A DNA stretch of 64,000 nt, taken from the IMG/VR virus record IMGVR_UViG_3300036802_000003, positions 1 through 64,000 of that record; one strand, 5' to 3'. The position numbers and the translations under genes were made by a program. The notes under the pieces were generated by a model, which saw only the letters and a list, made by a program, of their open reading frames with translations, was not told the DNA's origin and searched no databases. This DNA comes from a virus. Taxonomy: Duplodnaviria > Caudoviricetes. Positions within the stretch are counted from its first letter, which is position 1, and every line of letters starts with the position of its first letter. Positions 30,402-39,577 of the stretch are shown piece by piece.

Positions 30402-32311
30402 GATTAGGTGAAATGGTAGTACAGAATTTCTTATCTATCCAAGATGCAGAAATGGACTTCTCTAATAAAGGGTTAGTCTTAGTGCAGGGGTCTAATGAGG
30501 ACTCTACAGCTTTTGATAGTAACGGGGCAGGTAAGTCTACTCTAGTATCTGAAGCTCCAACATGGTGTATATATGGTAAGACAATTCGTGGTTTTAAGCC
30601 TGACAAGGTAGTTAATCGTATTGCTGAAAAGAATACTAGAGTATCATTGAAAGTCTATGACGATATGGGTGATGAGTATGAGATTATCCGTCACCGTAAA
30701 CATAAAGAGCATAAGAACCACGTCCTGTTATACAGGAATGGTGAGAATATCACAGGCAAGAGCGATACTGATACAGACAAGATGATTGAGGATATTATTG
30801 GCATGGACTTTGTAACCTTCTCTAACTCTATCATGTTTGGACAAGGTGCAGGCACTATGTTTGCCCTAGCAACTGATGCTACTCAAAAGCAAGTGCTTGA
30901 GAGAATGTTACAAATTGAGCTATTTAAAGACATGCAGGAGCAAGCTAAGAAGAGTCTAGCTGAAGAGGAAAAGAAAATATCCGATGTAACTGCTAATATT
31001 CAGTCTAACCAAACAGGTCTGGCTACTATCAAGACAACTATTGAGGACTTACAGACTAAGGAAGCAGCACTAGAGAAGACAGTAGATGTCCGTATTAATC
31101 AGCTTAATAAAGAGTATGAAGAAGCTGAAGACCAGTTATCCCTACAACCTAGTACAGAAGACTTAGAATCGGATAAAGCTGAAGTAGAAGGTTTAATAGC
31201 TGATGTGAAGAAAGGTCTAGAGTCCTACGAGTCAACTGAGAAACAGAAGACAGAATTGCTAGGCACTATTAACTCCCTAGAGAAGGAGATTGATAAGTAT
31301 GACAAACATATTAAGAAGACAGAAAAACAGCTAGATGATGTTAAGAACAAAAGAGACATACCAGAAAACTGTTCTGCATGCGGTCAATCGCTTCCTTTGG
31401 AAGACACAACTGCAATCGAAAATCACCTACAAAGTGATATAGACAAAAACAAGAAGGAACGTGAAGAAACGGTTGAAGATTTGGAGGAAATGATTGGCTA
31501 TTTGAGAAAGACTAACAAGAAGCTAGAGAACAAGAAACCTCTAGAAGAGAATCTAAATGACCTACGTACGGAGTTAGCAGAAACAAATAGTGAGATTAAG
31601 TCTATAGGTGATAAGAAAGCTTCTATCAAGAAAACAATGTCTGGTATCGAGAGACAGATAAAAGAGCAGGAAGAGTTAAAGAACTCTACGTTCACTGAGA
31701 TTATTGAGAAGAATATAGAGGATGCTAAGACTCTGGAAGCTACAATAAAAGAGCTTACTGAAACAATGAGCACTCACATGGCTTTAGCTGATAAGTACAC
31801 GTTCTGGGTTAATGGCTTTGGTAACCAAGGTATCAAGTCAGTACTACTGGACAGTGTGACTCCTTTCCTTAATGAACGTGCTAACTATTATCTAGCAAAG
31901 CTAACGGAATCGACTATTGAGGTTGAATTTACTACACAAGAGAAGCTTAAAAATGGTAATATGAAAGACAAGTTCTCTGTAAAAGTAACCAACATTCATG
32001 GGGATGATGAGTACAAAGGTAACAGTAATGGTGAGAAACGTAGGGTTGACGTTGCTATTAACATGGCTCTGCAAGACCTTGTGTCATCTAGGTCTAATAA
32101 GAAATTGGACATCATCGTATATGATGAGGTATTCGATGGTTTAGATGAAATCGGCTGTAACACTGTTATTGAACTCCTACAGGAGAAAGCAAGAATGTTT
32201 GGTACTGTTATAGTTATCACTCATAATGAGCATCTTAAACAGATGTTTACTAAGTTCCTCACTGTTAAGAAAGAGGACGGTAGAACGGTGGTGCTTGAAT
32301 TTGCAGCGTAA
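30398..32311 (+). CDS. sbcC: SbcC/Rad50-like ATPase
   Basis: SNGAGKS, CSAC zinc hook, coiled coils, SNGEKRR signature, YDEVFDGLD, ITH. Confidence 0.93.
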   Translation: MRLGEMVVQNFLSIQDAEMDFSNKGLVLVQGSNEDSTAFDSNGAGKSTLVSEAPTWCIYGKTIRGFKPDKVVNRIAEKNTRVSLKVYDDMGDEYEIIRHRKHKEHKNHVLLYRNGENITGKSDTDTDKMIEDIIGMDFVTFSNSIMFGQGAGTMFALATDATQKQVLERMLQIELFKDMQEQAKKSLAEEEKKISDVTANIQSNQTGLATIKTTIEDLQTKEAALEKTVDVRINQLNKEYEEAEDQLSLQPSTEDLESDKAEVEGLIADVKKGLESYESTEKQKTELLGTINSLEKEIDKYDKHIKKTEKQLDDVKNKRDIPENCSACGQSLPLEDTTAIENHLQSDIDKNKKEREETVEDLEEMIGYLRKTNKKLENKKPLEENLNDLRTELAETNSEIKSIGDKKASIKKTMSGIERQIKEQEELKNSTFTEIIEKNIEDAKTLEATIKELTETMSTHMALADKYTFWVNGFGNQGIKSVLLDSVTPFLNERANYYLAKLTESTIEVEFTTQEKLKNGNMKDKFSVKVTNIHGDDEYKGNSNGEKRRVDVAINMALQDLVSSRSNKKLDIIVYDEVFDGLDEIGCNTVIELLQEKARMFGTVIVITHNEHLKQMFTKFLTVKKEDGRTVVLEFAA

Positions 32312-32642
32312 TATTAGGAGTGTAACCCTTCCAGGATTAGATAAGCCCATCCTCAAGAGCCTATCAGATAAGATGAAGGTTCTTGCGGCTCTAGGTGCTA
32401 TAGAAGAGTCTATAAGACTCAAAGCTCTAGAGTTTGAACAGGTATCTGGTGAGAAAGCTAGGTATGTTATTATGGATGAGACCTCGTACATAGAGATGTC
32501 AGTTTTAGACGGAATGGCTCATCCTCATAAGGATAAACCACTGACTTCTCTGGAGCGTAAATATGGGGTTGTGGATAAGTTTGATTACATGGACGTAATA
32601 ATAGTACATGACCGTGGGAGGGGAATACAAATTGGGTGCTAG
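32226..32642 (+). CDS. Hypothetical protein, paralogue of the next gene (true start probably downstream)
   Basis: Shares A.YV..D..Y.E and GRGI.(I/V)G with 32608-32883. Confidence 0.55.
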   Translation: MSILNRCLLSSSLLRKRTVERWCLNLQRNIRSVTLPGLDKPILKSLSDKMKVLAALGAIEESIRLKALEFEQVSGEKARYVIMDETSYIEMSVLDGMAHPHKDKPLTSLERKYGVVDKFDYMDVIIVHDRGRGIQIGC

Positions 32643-32883
32643 AGGACTTGATATAGAAAAGCGTATCATGAAAGAAGCCTATGATTTTCGAGCAAAGCGA
32701 TATGATGAAGCTGAATACGTCATGCTAGACAATGACACTTATGAGGAGCTATTGGCACACTGTAGGGAAGAGGTCAGGGCAATACAGCCTCCTCCAGATA
32801 TATCTAAGTATATGGGGATGACTATTGTTAGAACCTACTTAGCAGGAAGAGGAATAGCTGTAGGGAGGGCTGCTAGACCATGA
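32608..32883 (+). CDS. Hypothetical protein, paralogue of the previous gene
   Basis: Shares A.YV..D..Y.E and GRGI.(I/V)G with 32226-32642. Confidence 0.55.
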   Translation: MTVGGEYKLGARGLDIEKRIMKEAYDFRAKRYDEAEYVMLDNDTYEELLAHCREEVRAIQPPPDISKYMGMTIVRTYLAGRGIAVGRAARP

Positions 32884-33092
32884 TTAATCTACATTTAGAT
32901 GATGAAGTAAGCTTTATGTATACTAACTGGCGTGGAGAAACAAAAAGACGATACGTAGATGTAATAGGGTTCTACTGGGGTAAGACTGAGTGGCACCCTG
33001 AATATCAGATGTTGCTATTTGCACATGACAAAGATAAAGGTAGCTCTAGGTTCTTTGCAGTCAAAGATATGAGTGATGTTGCACCAATGTAA
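32880..33092 (+). CDS. Stand-alone WYL-domain protein
   Basis: V.F.YTNWRGE...R.V.......LL.A.D.DK...R.F...M pattern. Confidence 0.7.
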   Translation: MINLHLDDEVSFMYTNWRGETKRRYVDVIGFYWGKTEWHPEYQMLLFAHDKDKGSSRFFAVKDMSDVAPM

Positions 33093-33106
33093 CAATTTTA
33101 ATACTT

Positions 33107-33138
33107 AGGAGACGATTTCAAGACCTTCCCCTTTAATT
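33107..33138 (+). promoter_or_regulatory. Putative middle promoter overlapping a terminator hairpin
   Basis: AGGAGA-N19-TTTAATT; AGACCTTCC/GGAAGGTCT hairpin at 33121-33151. Confidence 0.55.
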
Positions 33139-33163
33139 AGGTGGAAGGTCTTTTCTTTGAGAG

Positions 33164-34207
33164 GTGATAGAAATGATAACGGACTACCTAGATGGATCAC
33201 TAGGAGAGGGTAATTACCATAAGACGCAGAAAGGTGACCAGTATAGCTATCAGTGTCCTTTCTGCAAAGACCATAGAGACAGGATGTTTGTCAATGTGGA
33301 TAGGAAGGTATACTTTTGTCATAACTGTGATGCGACTGGTACACTAATCTCACTCATAGCTGACTATACACAGATTTCATACAAGGAAGCACTAGATATA
33401 TTCAGAGAATACGATGGGTATGAGCAGGAGCTACCAGATGACTTGGAAGAGGAAATATACAAGAGACTGTATAAGGCACCAGAGATTGAGATAGTTAAGA
33501 CTATTCATCCCTTACCTGAGGAGTTTGTCCCAATAGAAGAAGCTAGGGGCAAGCTAGGAAAAGAGATGGTTAAGTATATTAAGAGCAGGGGACTGACTCT
33601 TAGTATGGCAGAGCGTTACTCAATGGGTTACTGTAATGGAGGAAAGTATGACAGACGTATCATTATGCCAGATTTTGAAGACTATGAACTCATATACTGG
33701 CAGGCAAGGACAATAGACCCACCACCTAAGCTAAAGCTTCTGAAGAAGCATTATAGAAAGGTACTGAATCCTTCTCTAACTGAAGAAGAGATAGACAGAG
33801 GTATGATGGCTGTAGATAAGTCAGAGATTGTATCTAACATTGACTTAATACTGGACAATGGTGTTGCAGTTATCTGTGAGGGTAAGATGGATGCCTACAC
33901 AATAGGTGATAGCGGAGCTGCTATCCATGGTAAGGTTATGTCTGATACTCAATTTATGAAACTAGTCTCAAACAAAGACAAGATAGACGTTATATACGTT
34001 ATGTTGGATGGTGATGCTTTCGAGTATGCAATAAGAATTGCAAAGCGACTATATAAGCACTTTGACGATGTGTACATTTGTAGAATGCCTCATAAGGAAG
34101 CAGACCCGAATGGTATTGGTGCTAGGGGTTGCTTGCAGGTAATAGAGGAAGCAGTGAGATATTCCCCTCTATTTGAGGTTAAAGCTCGCATCAGAGGATG
34201 GATGTAG
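33164..34207 (+). CDS. DNA primase (Zn finger + TOPRIM)
   Basis: CPFC...CHNC; RRIIMP; ICEGKMDA; LDGDA; DPN. Confidence 0.9.
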   Translation: MIEMITDYLDGSLGEGNYHKTQKGDQYSYQCPFCKDHRDRMFVNVDRKVYFCHNCDATGTLISLIADYTQISYKEALDIFREYDGYEQELPDDLEEEIYKRLYKAPEIEIVKTIHPLPEEFVPIEEARGKLGKEMVKYIKSRGLTLSMAERYSMGYCNGGKYDRRIIMPDFEDYELIYWQARTIDPPPKLKLLKKHYRKVLNPSLTEEEIDRGMMAVDKSEIVSNIDLILDNGVAVICEGKMDAYTIGDSGAAIHGKVMSDTQFMKLVSNKDKIDVIYVMLDGDAFEYAIRIAKRLYKHFDDVYICRMPHKEADPNGIGARGCLQVIEEAVRYSPLFEVKARIRGWM

Positions 34208-34209
34208 CA

Positions 34210-34249
34210 GGGGGACGAGTTTTCGTGGGAGGGTTTTTTTAAGTCGAAC
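34210..34249 (+). promoter_or_regulatory. Putative middle promoter
   Basis: GGGGGA-N18-TTTTTTT-AAGTCGAAC. Confidence 0.6.
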
Positions 34250-34272
34250 AAGCAATTGAGGAGGACGAGGAC

Positions 34273-34866
34273 ATGGACAGACTATTAACTTTAGAGAAAA
34301 CGGTGTTAGATTTAGAAGATGCTCTGCACCAGACACAACGAGAATTCAAACTATTTAAAGACCTTATGTTAGGTCAACCAGAATTACCATACTTCTCTGA
34401 TATCCCAGGATACCAGTTACAGTACCATCACAATGGAGATGCAGGTATTGACCTACCTATCTTTGATGAGCGCTTACTTGATGGTGAATTCGGTACTGAA
34501 GGGTTTGTAGACATCCACCCAGGATGTAGCTATACTCTTAAAACAGGAATTCATATGGCAATCCCACAAGGTCATTATGGTATGCTGGACACACGTTCAG
34601 GCACATCTAAGTTAAAAATGACTCTGTTATGCCGCACTATTGATGAGCCATTCCGTGGTAACATTCGTTTAGCATTACACAATGTAGGCACTGAAACAGT
34701 TCGTGTGGCTAACTACGATGAACTAGCACAAATGGTTATCAAGCGTTACACTAAGGCTGCACCTAAGGGCTTTGCCACTTATGGTGAGTTCCTTGAATAT
34801 GCAGGTAATACTGCACGTGGGCAGGAAGGTTTTGGTAGTAAAGAACGTAATGTAGGAGGGAAATAA
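34273..34866 (+). CDS. dut: Trimeric dUTPase
   Basis: DAGIDL, TRSG, TIDEPFRG, LAQMV, RGQEGFGS. Confidence 0.9.
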   Translation: MDRLLTLEKTVLDLEDALHQTQREFKLFKDLMLGQPELPYFSDIPGYQLQYHHNGDAGIDLPIFDERLLDGEFGTEGFVDIHPGCSYTLKTGIHMAIPQGHYGMLDTRSGTSKLKMTLLCRTIDEPFRGNIRLALHNVGTETVRVANYDELAQMVIKRYTKAAPKGFATYGEFLEYAGNTARGQEGFGSKERNVGGK

Positions 34867-35315
34867 TGAAAACTAGTACTGCACTAGATGTCATTGAACA
34901 GGGTAGAGCAGTTAGACGCAGGGGTTGGGTAAAAGGTGCTGTAGTATATAAGTCTGACAATGATATCATTGTGGACTATTCTAGAGTAGAGGAGTCTAAA
35001 CTGAGTGAAGCCTTCTCTACAGTGAGATGGATAGCCAAGCCTGAAGATTTGGTGGCTACTGACTGGGTAGACCTAGGGGTACTTACAGAAGGTAAGGAAC
35101 CTAACTGGGAAACTGGTTGGTCTAAGTATGATGAGCGCTTACAGGAGTTTGCAGTAAAGGCAGATGCAGTTAGGCTTGCGGTTAATGACCACATAGACCT
35201 AGCTAGCTATGCAAGAAACTCGTTCCGCATGCATATGGATACTACTATGTTGTGGGGCAAGCAAGCAATAGAAGATGCTATTGCACGTGAAGAGCTTATA
35301 AAGGAGGGCAAATAA
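34866..35315 (+). CDS. DUF2829/Tad2-like domain fused to an Acb2/Tad1-like helical hairpin (putative anti-defence sponge)
   Basis: ALDVIEQGRAVRRRGW...W....EDLVATDW; C-terminal ARNSFRMHMDTTMLWGKQAI. Confidence 0.55.
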   Translation: MKTSTALDVIEQGRAVRRRGWVKGAVVYKSDNDIIVDYSRVEESKLSEAFSTVRWIAKPEDLVATDWVDLGVLTEGKEPNWETGWSKYDERLQEFAVKADAVRLAVNDHIDLASYARNSFRMHMDTTMLWGKQAIEDAIAREELIKEGK

Positions 35316-35316
35316 C

Positions 35317-35490
35317 ATGAGTAGACCTAGAGAGATTCAGGCAGGGGAGTTAGCTAAGAGATTTACGTCCCTTAGGAGCCTTATTGATATTACTATACCT
35401 GATAGTCGTGAGAAGTCAGTGGCTCTCACTAATTTAGATACTGGGTATCTATGGGCAAAAGAAGCTCTAGACAAGAAAGGGGACAAGTGA
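35317..35490 (+). CDS. Acb2/Tad1-like hairpin protein, 57 aa; not in the ORF track
   Basis: MSRPREIQAGELAKRFTSLRSLIDITIPDSREKSVALTNLDTGYLWAKEALDKKGDK; RBS AAGGAGG; P.SREKS.A.T.L....W motif. Confidence 0.7.
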   Translation: MSRPREIQAGELAKRFTSLRSLIDITIPDSREKSVALTNLDTGYLWAKEALDKKGDK

Positions 35491-35491
35491 T

Positions 35492-35752
35492 ATGGACATT
35501 GGATATGCTAGAAACTTGATTAAAGAGGGAAAAAAGGCTGCTCGTAAAGGTTGGAATGGGGCAAACATGTTCATATACTATGTACCTGCTGCTTCATACC
35601 CACCTGTAACAGATGTTGCAAAAGAAGCATTTGGCGGAGAAGATGTACCATATCGTGAATACGTTGCCTTAAAAACAGCACAGGGAGACGTTGCTACGTG
35701 GTCACCTAGTGGCTCTGATTTCCTAGCTGATGATTGGATAGAAGTAAGATAA
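35492..35752 (+). CDS. DUF2829 / Thoeris anti-defence 2 (Tad2)-like protein
   Basis: GKKAARKGWNG..MF...Y.ALKTAQG....WSPS.SD.LADDW. Confidence 0.8.
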   Translation: MDIGYARNLIKEGKKAARKGWNGANMFIYYVPAASYPPVTDVAKEAFGGEDVPYREYVALKTAQGDVATWSPSGSDFLADDWIEVR

Positions 35753-35914
35753 GTGAGAAACTGGTGGGATATATACACCATTGATTACTGGAAAGAGTTT
35801 TGGTTTAGGGTCTACATCCGTAAGTATCATATGGATGTAGCCCGTTTCCATAAAGAAGTAGCTAAAAAATATAAGAATGGAGCTGAACAAGATGTCAGTA
35901 GTAAACAAAGGTAA
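35753..35914 (+). CDS. Possible Trp/aromatic-rich 53-aa peptide; not in the ORF track
   Basis: GTG start directly after the Tad2-like stop; MRNWWDIYTIDYWKEFWFRVYIRKYH...; fills the intergenic gap; weak RBS. Confidence 0.4.
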   Translation: MRNWWDIYTIDYWKEFWFRVYIRKYHMDVARFHKEVAKKYKNGAEQDVSSKQR

Positions 35915-36269
35915 AAATATCAAGCAGGTAGATGAGAAGAAGCAGAAACAACAGGAGATTAAGCGTAAGGAGAAAGAGGTACAACGTCAAAAGGCTTACT
36001 GGAATGCTATGATTACACGTGAAGAAGCACGTGATATGGTTATCAAGTCACAAGAGCCTTTAATGGAGCAAATGCGTACTATGTTTATTCAAGTGAAAAC
36101 ACTTACAGAATTTGTGTTACAGAATGGTATTGCTACAGAAGAACAGCTTAATGAGATTGGAGTGCCTATCTACAATGAAATGTACGGTATTCCAAGTAAG
36201 CAAGAAGTAGAGAATCCAGAGGAGGTGACTAAGGATGCCGATAAACCTGTCCAAGGGTCAAACAATTAA
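35877..36269 (+). CDS. Hypothetical protein
   Basis: 130-aa ORF overlapping the terD start. Confidence 0.6.
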   Translation: MELNKMSVVNKGKNIKQVDEKKQKQQEIKRKEKEVQRQKAYWNAMITREEARDMVIKSQEPLMEQMRTMFIQVKTLTEFVLQNGIATEEQLNEIGVPIYNEMYGIPSKQEVENPEEVTKDADKPVQGSNN

Positions 36270-36900
36270 TCTGTCTAAAGAAGGTACTAACGGTCTAAAG
36301 AACGTAACAATTGGTCTTAGCTGGGGTGCAAAGGTATTAAAGGCAAGCCCTACTAAGGAAGAGGCAAAAGGGTTTATGGAAAAGTTCTCTTCCTTTTTTA
36401 AAGGCGGAGAGACGAAAATCACTACCCCTACTAGTGTTCCTAAAATGGACATCGACTCTTCAGTATTCTTGATTAAGAATACTAACGAACGCCTGACAAC
36501 GGTATACTATGGTAACCTACGTGCTCCTGGTGTACGACATGCTGGAGATGACCTTACAGGTAACAATAAGAAGGGTAAGCACGACAATGAGGAGATTCAT
36601 GTAGACTTTGACAAGATACCTCGTAATGTGCACAAACTATTCGTAGTTGCTAATGTATTCTCTCCTATGACTGGTCACTTTGGGTGGGTACCTGGATCAT
36701 ACATCCGTATCAAGGATGAAAAAGGTAACGAGGTAGTACGTTATGAATTAGGGGCAGACTTCAAGGATAAGAAAGGTATTGTTGTAGCAGAGTTATACCG
36801 TGATGGTAACGGTGACTGGAATTTCCGTGCCATTGGTAAAGCTACAAAAGGTAATTCTATGAGGAATCTAGAAGACTTATGTTTACAGGGGGACTTCTAA
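36235..36900 (+). CDS. terD: TerD/TerZ-family stress protein
   Basis: INLSKGQTINLSK, GLSWG, DIDSS, HAGDDLTG, DNEEI, AELYR...W.FRAIG. Confidence 0.9.
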   Translation: MPINLSKGQTINLSKEGTNGLKNVTIGLSWGAKVLKASPTKEEAKGFMEKFSSFFKGGETKITTPTSVPKMDIDSSVFLIKNTNERLTTVYYGNLRAPGVRHAGDDLTGNNKKGKHDNEEIHVDFDKIPRNVHKLFVVANVFSPMTGHFGWVPGSYIRIKDEKGNEVVRYELGADFKDKKGIVVAELYRDGNGDWNFRAIGKATKGNSMRNLEDLCLQGDF

Positions 36901-36903
36901 TAT

Positions 36904-37656
36904 ATGGAAATCTTACAACATATACTTGATACCTACGCACAGTTCTTTGACTGGAGCATGTGGGGAGAAGTACTTACTAGTAAATCAGCTTGGGGCTTAA
37001 TCCTAAGTTTAGTAATCCTTGAGGGCTTGTTATCAGCAGATAACGCCCTCGTACTTGCCATCATGGTAAAACACTTACCAGAGGAACAACGTAAGAAAGC
37101 TTTATTCTATGGACTACTTGGTGCATACTTCTTCCGATTCCTATTCATTGGAGTAGGGACTCTACTAATCAAGCTGTGGTACGTTAAACTAATTGGTGCG
37201 GCATACCTACTGTGGATTGTAGTTGACCACTACCGTAAGAAGAATGTAGAGCAAGAAGAGGGTAAAGAGTTCAATACAGGTGGAGTACTTGTAAAATGGT
37301 TCGGTGTATTCTGGGCTACTGTTATCTCTGTTGAGATAATGGACATAGCGTTCTCTGTGGACAGTATCCTAGCAGCGCTTGGTGTATCAGAGCAAGTTTG
37401 GGTATTATTACTTGGTGGAATGTTAGGAATTCTAATGATGCGTGGAGTGGCTCAACTATTCCTATGGTTACTAGACAGAATTCCTGAACTAGAGAATACT
37501 GCATACTTCTTGATACTGGCGATTGCAGTTAAGATGGGTGGAAGCGTGTTTGGTCTAGAAATTAGCCATGAAGTGTTCGTTATCACTCTAGTGAGTGCAT
37601 TTGCCATCACATTTGCGTTGCATTATCTTAAAAAATACCTACCCCGTAAGGGTTAA
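36904..37656 (+). CDS. terC: TerC-family membrane protein (YceF/MeeF-like)
   Basis: LEGLLSADNALVLA.MVKHLP..QRKKAL.YG; MDIAFSVDSILAA; GGMLGILMMR. Confidence 0.93.
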   Translation: MEILQHILDTYAQFFDWSMWGEVLTSKSAWGLILSLVILEGLLSADNALVLAIMVKHLPEEQRKKALFYGLLGAYFFRFLFIGVGTLLIKLWYVKLIGAAYLLWIVVDHYRKKNVEQEEGKEFNTGGVLVKWFGVFWATVISVEIMDIAFSVDSILAALGVSEQVWVLLLGGMLGILMMRGVAQLFLWLLDRIPELENTAYFLILAIAVKMGGSVFGLEISHEVFVITLVSAFAITFALHYLKKYLPRKG

Positions 37657-37724
37657 CATAGATTAGAGAGAGGATATCCTCTCTCTATTTTCTTTGTTTA
37701 AGAAGGGTATAATTTAAGGGGGTT

Positions 37725-38255
37725 TTGAAAATGGCTAAGACAGGTGGCAAGGGTATTAATAGTAAAAACAAGGGTGCAGAGTATGAGCGTAAGATTGCTA
37801 AGGCTCTAGGCTCTTGGTGGGGTGAACAGTTCCAACGTACTCCTGCTAGTGGAGGATTACAGTGGAAAAAGGATAACCGAGTTACAGGTGACATAGTTAC
37901 ACCTCCAGAGTCTGTATTCCCATTTACTATTGAGTGTAAGAAGAGAGAGGGCTGGTCTTTAGAGCAGTTCTTAAAGAATACTGGTGAAATGGAAGAATGG
38001 TGGACACAATGTATTAGAGACGCTAAGAAGATAGACAAGAAGCCAATGGTTATCTTCAGTAAGAATTTTGATACTGACTATGTAATGATGTCTAGGGCTG
38101 ATTTTGATGCTGTTACGGAGGGCATACTTGAACTTAATGCGTTTAATAACTTTGTGGTACACAAAGAAGGTTTAGAAGCAAGAGTTATCTGTGAGTTGGA
38201 TAAGTTAATTGCTAATGTTTCTAAGGAAGACGTCATCAAGGCTTACAGTCTGTAA
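37725..38255 (+). CDS. Holliday junction resolvase (PD-(D/E)XK)
   Basis: KGAEYER.IAK, RTPASGG, GDI, IECKK, WW.Q. Confidence 0.85.
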   Translation: MKMAKTGGKGINSKNKGAEYERKIAKALGSWWGEQFQRTPASGGLQWKKDNRVTGDIVTPPESVFPFTIECKKREGWSLEQFLKNTGEMEEWWTQCIRDAKKIDKKPMVIFSKNFDTDYVMMSRADFDAVTEGILELNAFNNFVVHKEGLEARVICELDKLIANVSKEDVIKAYSL

Positions 38256-38267
38256 CCTATTTGATAA

Positions 38268-38330
38268 GAAGAGACAAGCTTGATAGGGAAAATGAGTTAC
38301 TTTTCCTACTGGCTTGTCTCTTTATTTTTT
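38268..38330 (+). terminator. Long nested hairpin / terminator
   Basis: AAGAGACAAGC...GCTTGTCTCTT enclosing TAGG(G)AAAA/TTTTCCTA, followed by a T tract. Confidence 0.55.
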
Positions 38331-38414
38331 CTGAGAGGACGGGAAAAATGAATTCAAGAGTTGAGCAATCAACCAAAACCAAAACCAAATTGAGTATAAA
38401 GGAGATGTTGAGGA

Positions 38415-39107
38415 ATGAGTAACCAACAAATGTATGAGGTAGAAGGACAATACGTGGCTGATTTGAAAGCGGTAGCAACTGTGTTAAATGTACCTAAGGT
38501 GTTAAAACGTGATATTCAGGAGGGTGGGGCATTAGAAGGTAAGGTAAAATTAGTAAATGCGGAGGAAGTGGGAGAGGGTATCAAGACTGAGGGTAGTGAA
38601 GAAGAGTGGGATAACTTTAAAGCTAAGACAGATGAAGCGATTGCTAAAGAAGTATCAGAGGAAGTAGAAACAGTAGAAGAAGATGATGAAGAGCCACAAA
38701 TGATAAGCTACGTAAGAGATGAAGATATCATGAACACTAAAGAGGAAATCCTAGAACAGCTACCTGAATTTAAGACACTGAAGGAGTTTAAGGACTGGTA
38801 TAAAGACATTGATACACAAACTGTTGAGTACTTTGCTAAGGCGATTGGTCTAACATGGACAGCAACAGAACATGCTAATATCCACCGTATGAGAATCTCA
38901 ATGGCTATGCAACGCTTCTTCTTCCCAGAGATGTTTAAACCTAAAGAGGGTAAGAAGAAGAAAGCTAAATACGGTGACCTTTCTACAGACGACTTATTCA
39001 AAATGGTAACTGCTAATAAGCTAGATGTGAAGAAGACTAACAATGTTCCAATCGACCGTATGAATGCAATAATGGCTCTAAAGAAAGCAGGTAAATTACC
39101 AAAGTAG
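38415..39107 (+). CDS. Hypothetical protein with two helix-extension-helix-like repeats
   Basis: Acidic linker; two ..I.RM..(S/I)MA repeats. Confidence 0.65.
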   Translation: MSNQQMYEVEGQYVADLKAVATVLNVPKVLKRDIQEGGALEGKVKLVNAEEVGEGIKTEGSEEEWDNFKAKTDEAIAKEVSEEVETVEEDDEEPQMISYVRDEDIMNTKEEILEQLPEFKTLKEFKDWYKDIDTQTVEYFAKAIGLTWTATEHANIHRMRISMAMQRFFFPEMFKPKEGKKKKAKYGDLSTDDLFKMVTANKLDVKKTNNVPIDRMNAIMALKKAGKLPK

Positions 39108-39277
39108 GGCAGGAGAGGGGAGGGTTTTCCCTCTTCTTTTTTATTACTTGAGAGCTAGAGAAATCGGGTCTCCCCCACCCCTAGGAAAGAGAGATTGACA
39201 AAAGGAGCCAATTTTGCAAAAATGAATTCATCGCCACCACGAGTGGCAGTGAGCCAGAGCCAAAAGGAGAGGGTATT

Positions 39278-39556
39278 ATGGAAAACAACAAGAAAGTACA
39301 TGATTACAAACCTGAGTTAAAGGCTGAGATTTTAGAGGACTGTCTGTCAATCCCTATCTCCAGCACCCAGAAGTTGCGAGTACTATTGGTTAGAGATGAG
39401 AATTTAGGCATCCGAGTATCAGCACAGAAGTGGTGGAGAGAGAATAGGGATGGGGAATGGGTACCTGGTAAGGGGTTTATGATGACAGGTCGCCAAGCCC
39501 TAATGATGGGTAAAGCTTTACAAGAGGTTGGCAAGCGTACTATTAACGTGAAGTAA
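39278..39556 (+). CDS. PC4/YdbC-like ssDNA-binding protein
   Basis: LRV...RVSAQKWW....GEWVPGKGF pattern. Confidence 0.65.
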   Translation: MENNKKVHDYKPELKAEILEDCLSIPISSTQKLRVLLVRDENLGIRVSAQKWWRENRDGEWVPGKGFMMTGRQALMMGKALQEVGKRTINVK

Positions 39557-39577
39557 TTATATCTAATTGGGGGAAAA

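Noticed and set aside
39196-39224. TTGACA-N17-AAAAAT (similar TTGACT-N17-AAAAAT near 63653) as sigma-A promoters
   Set aside because: The -10 element lacks the conserved first T; plausible but not supportable without TSS data
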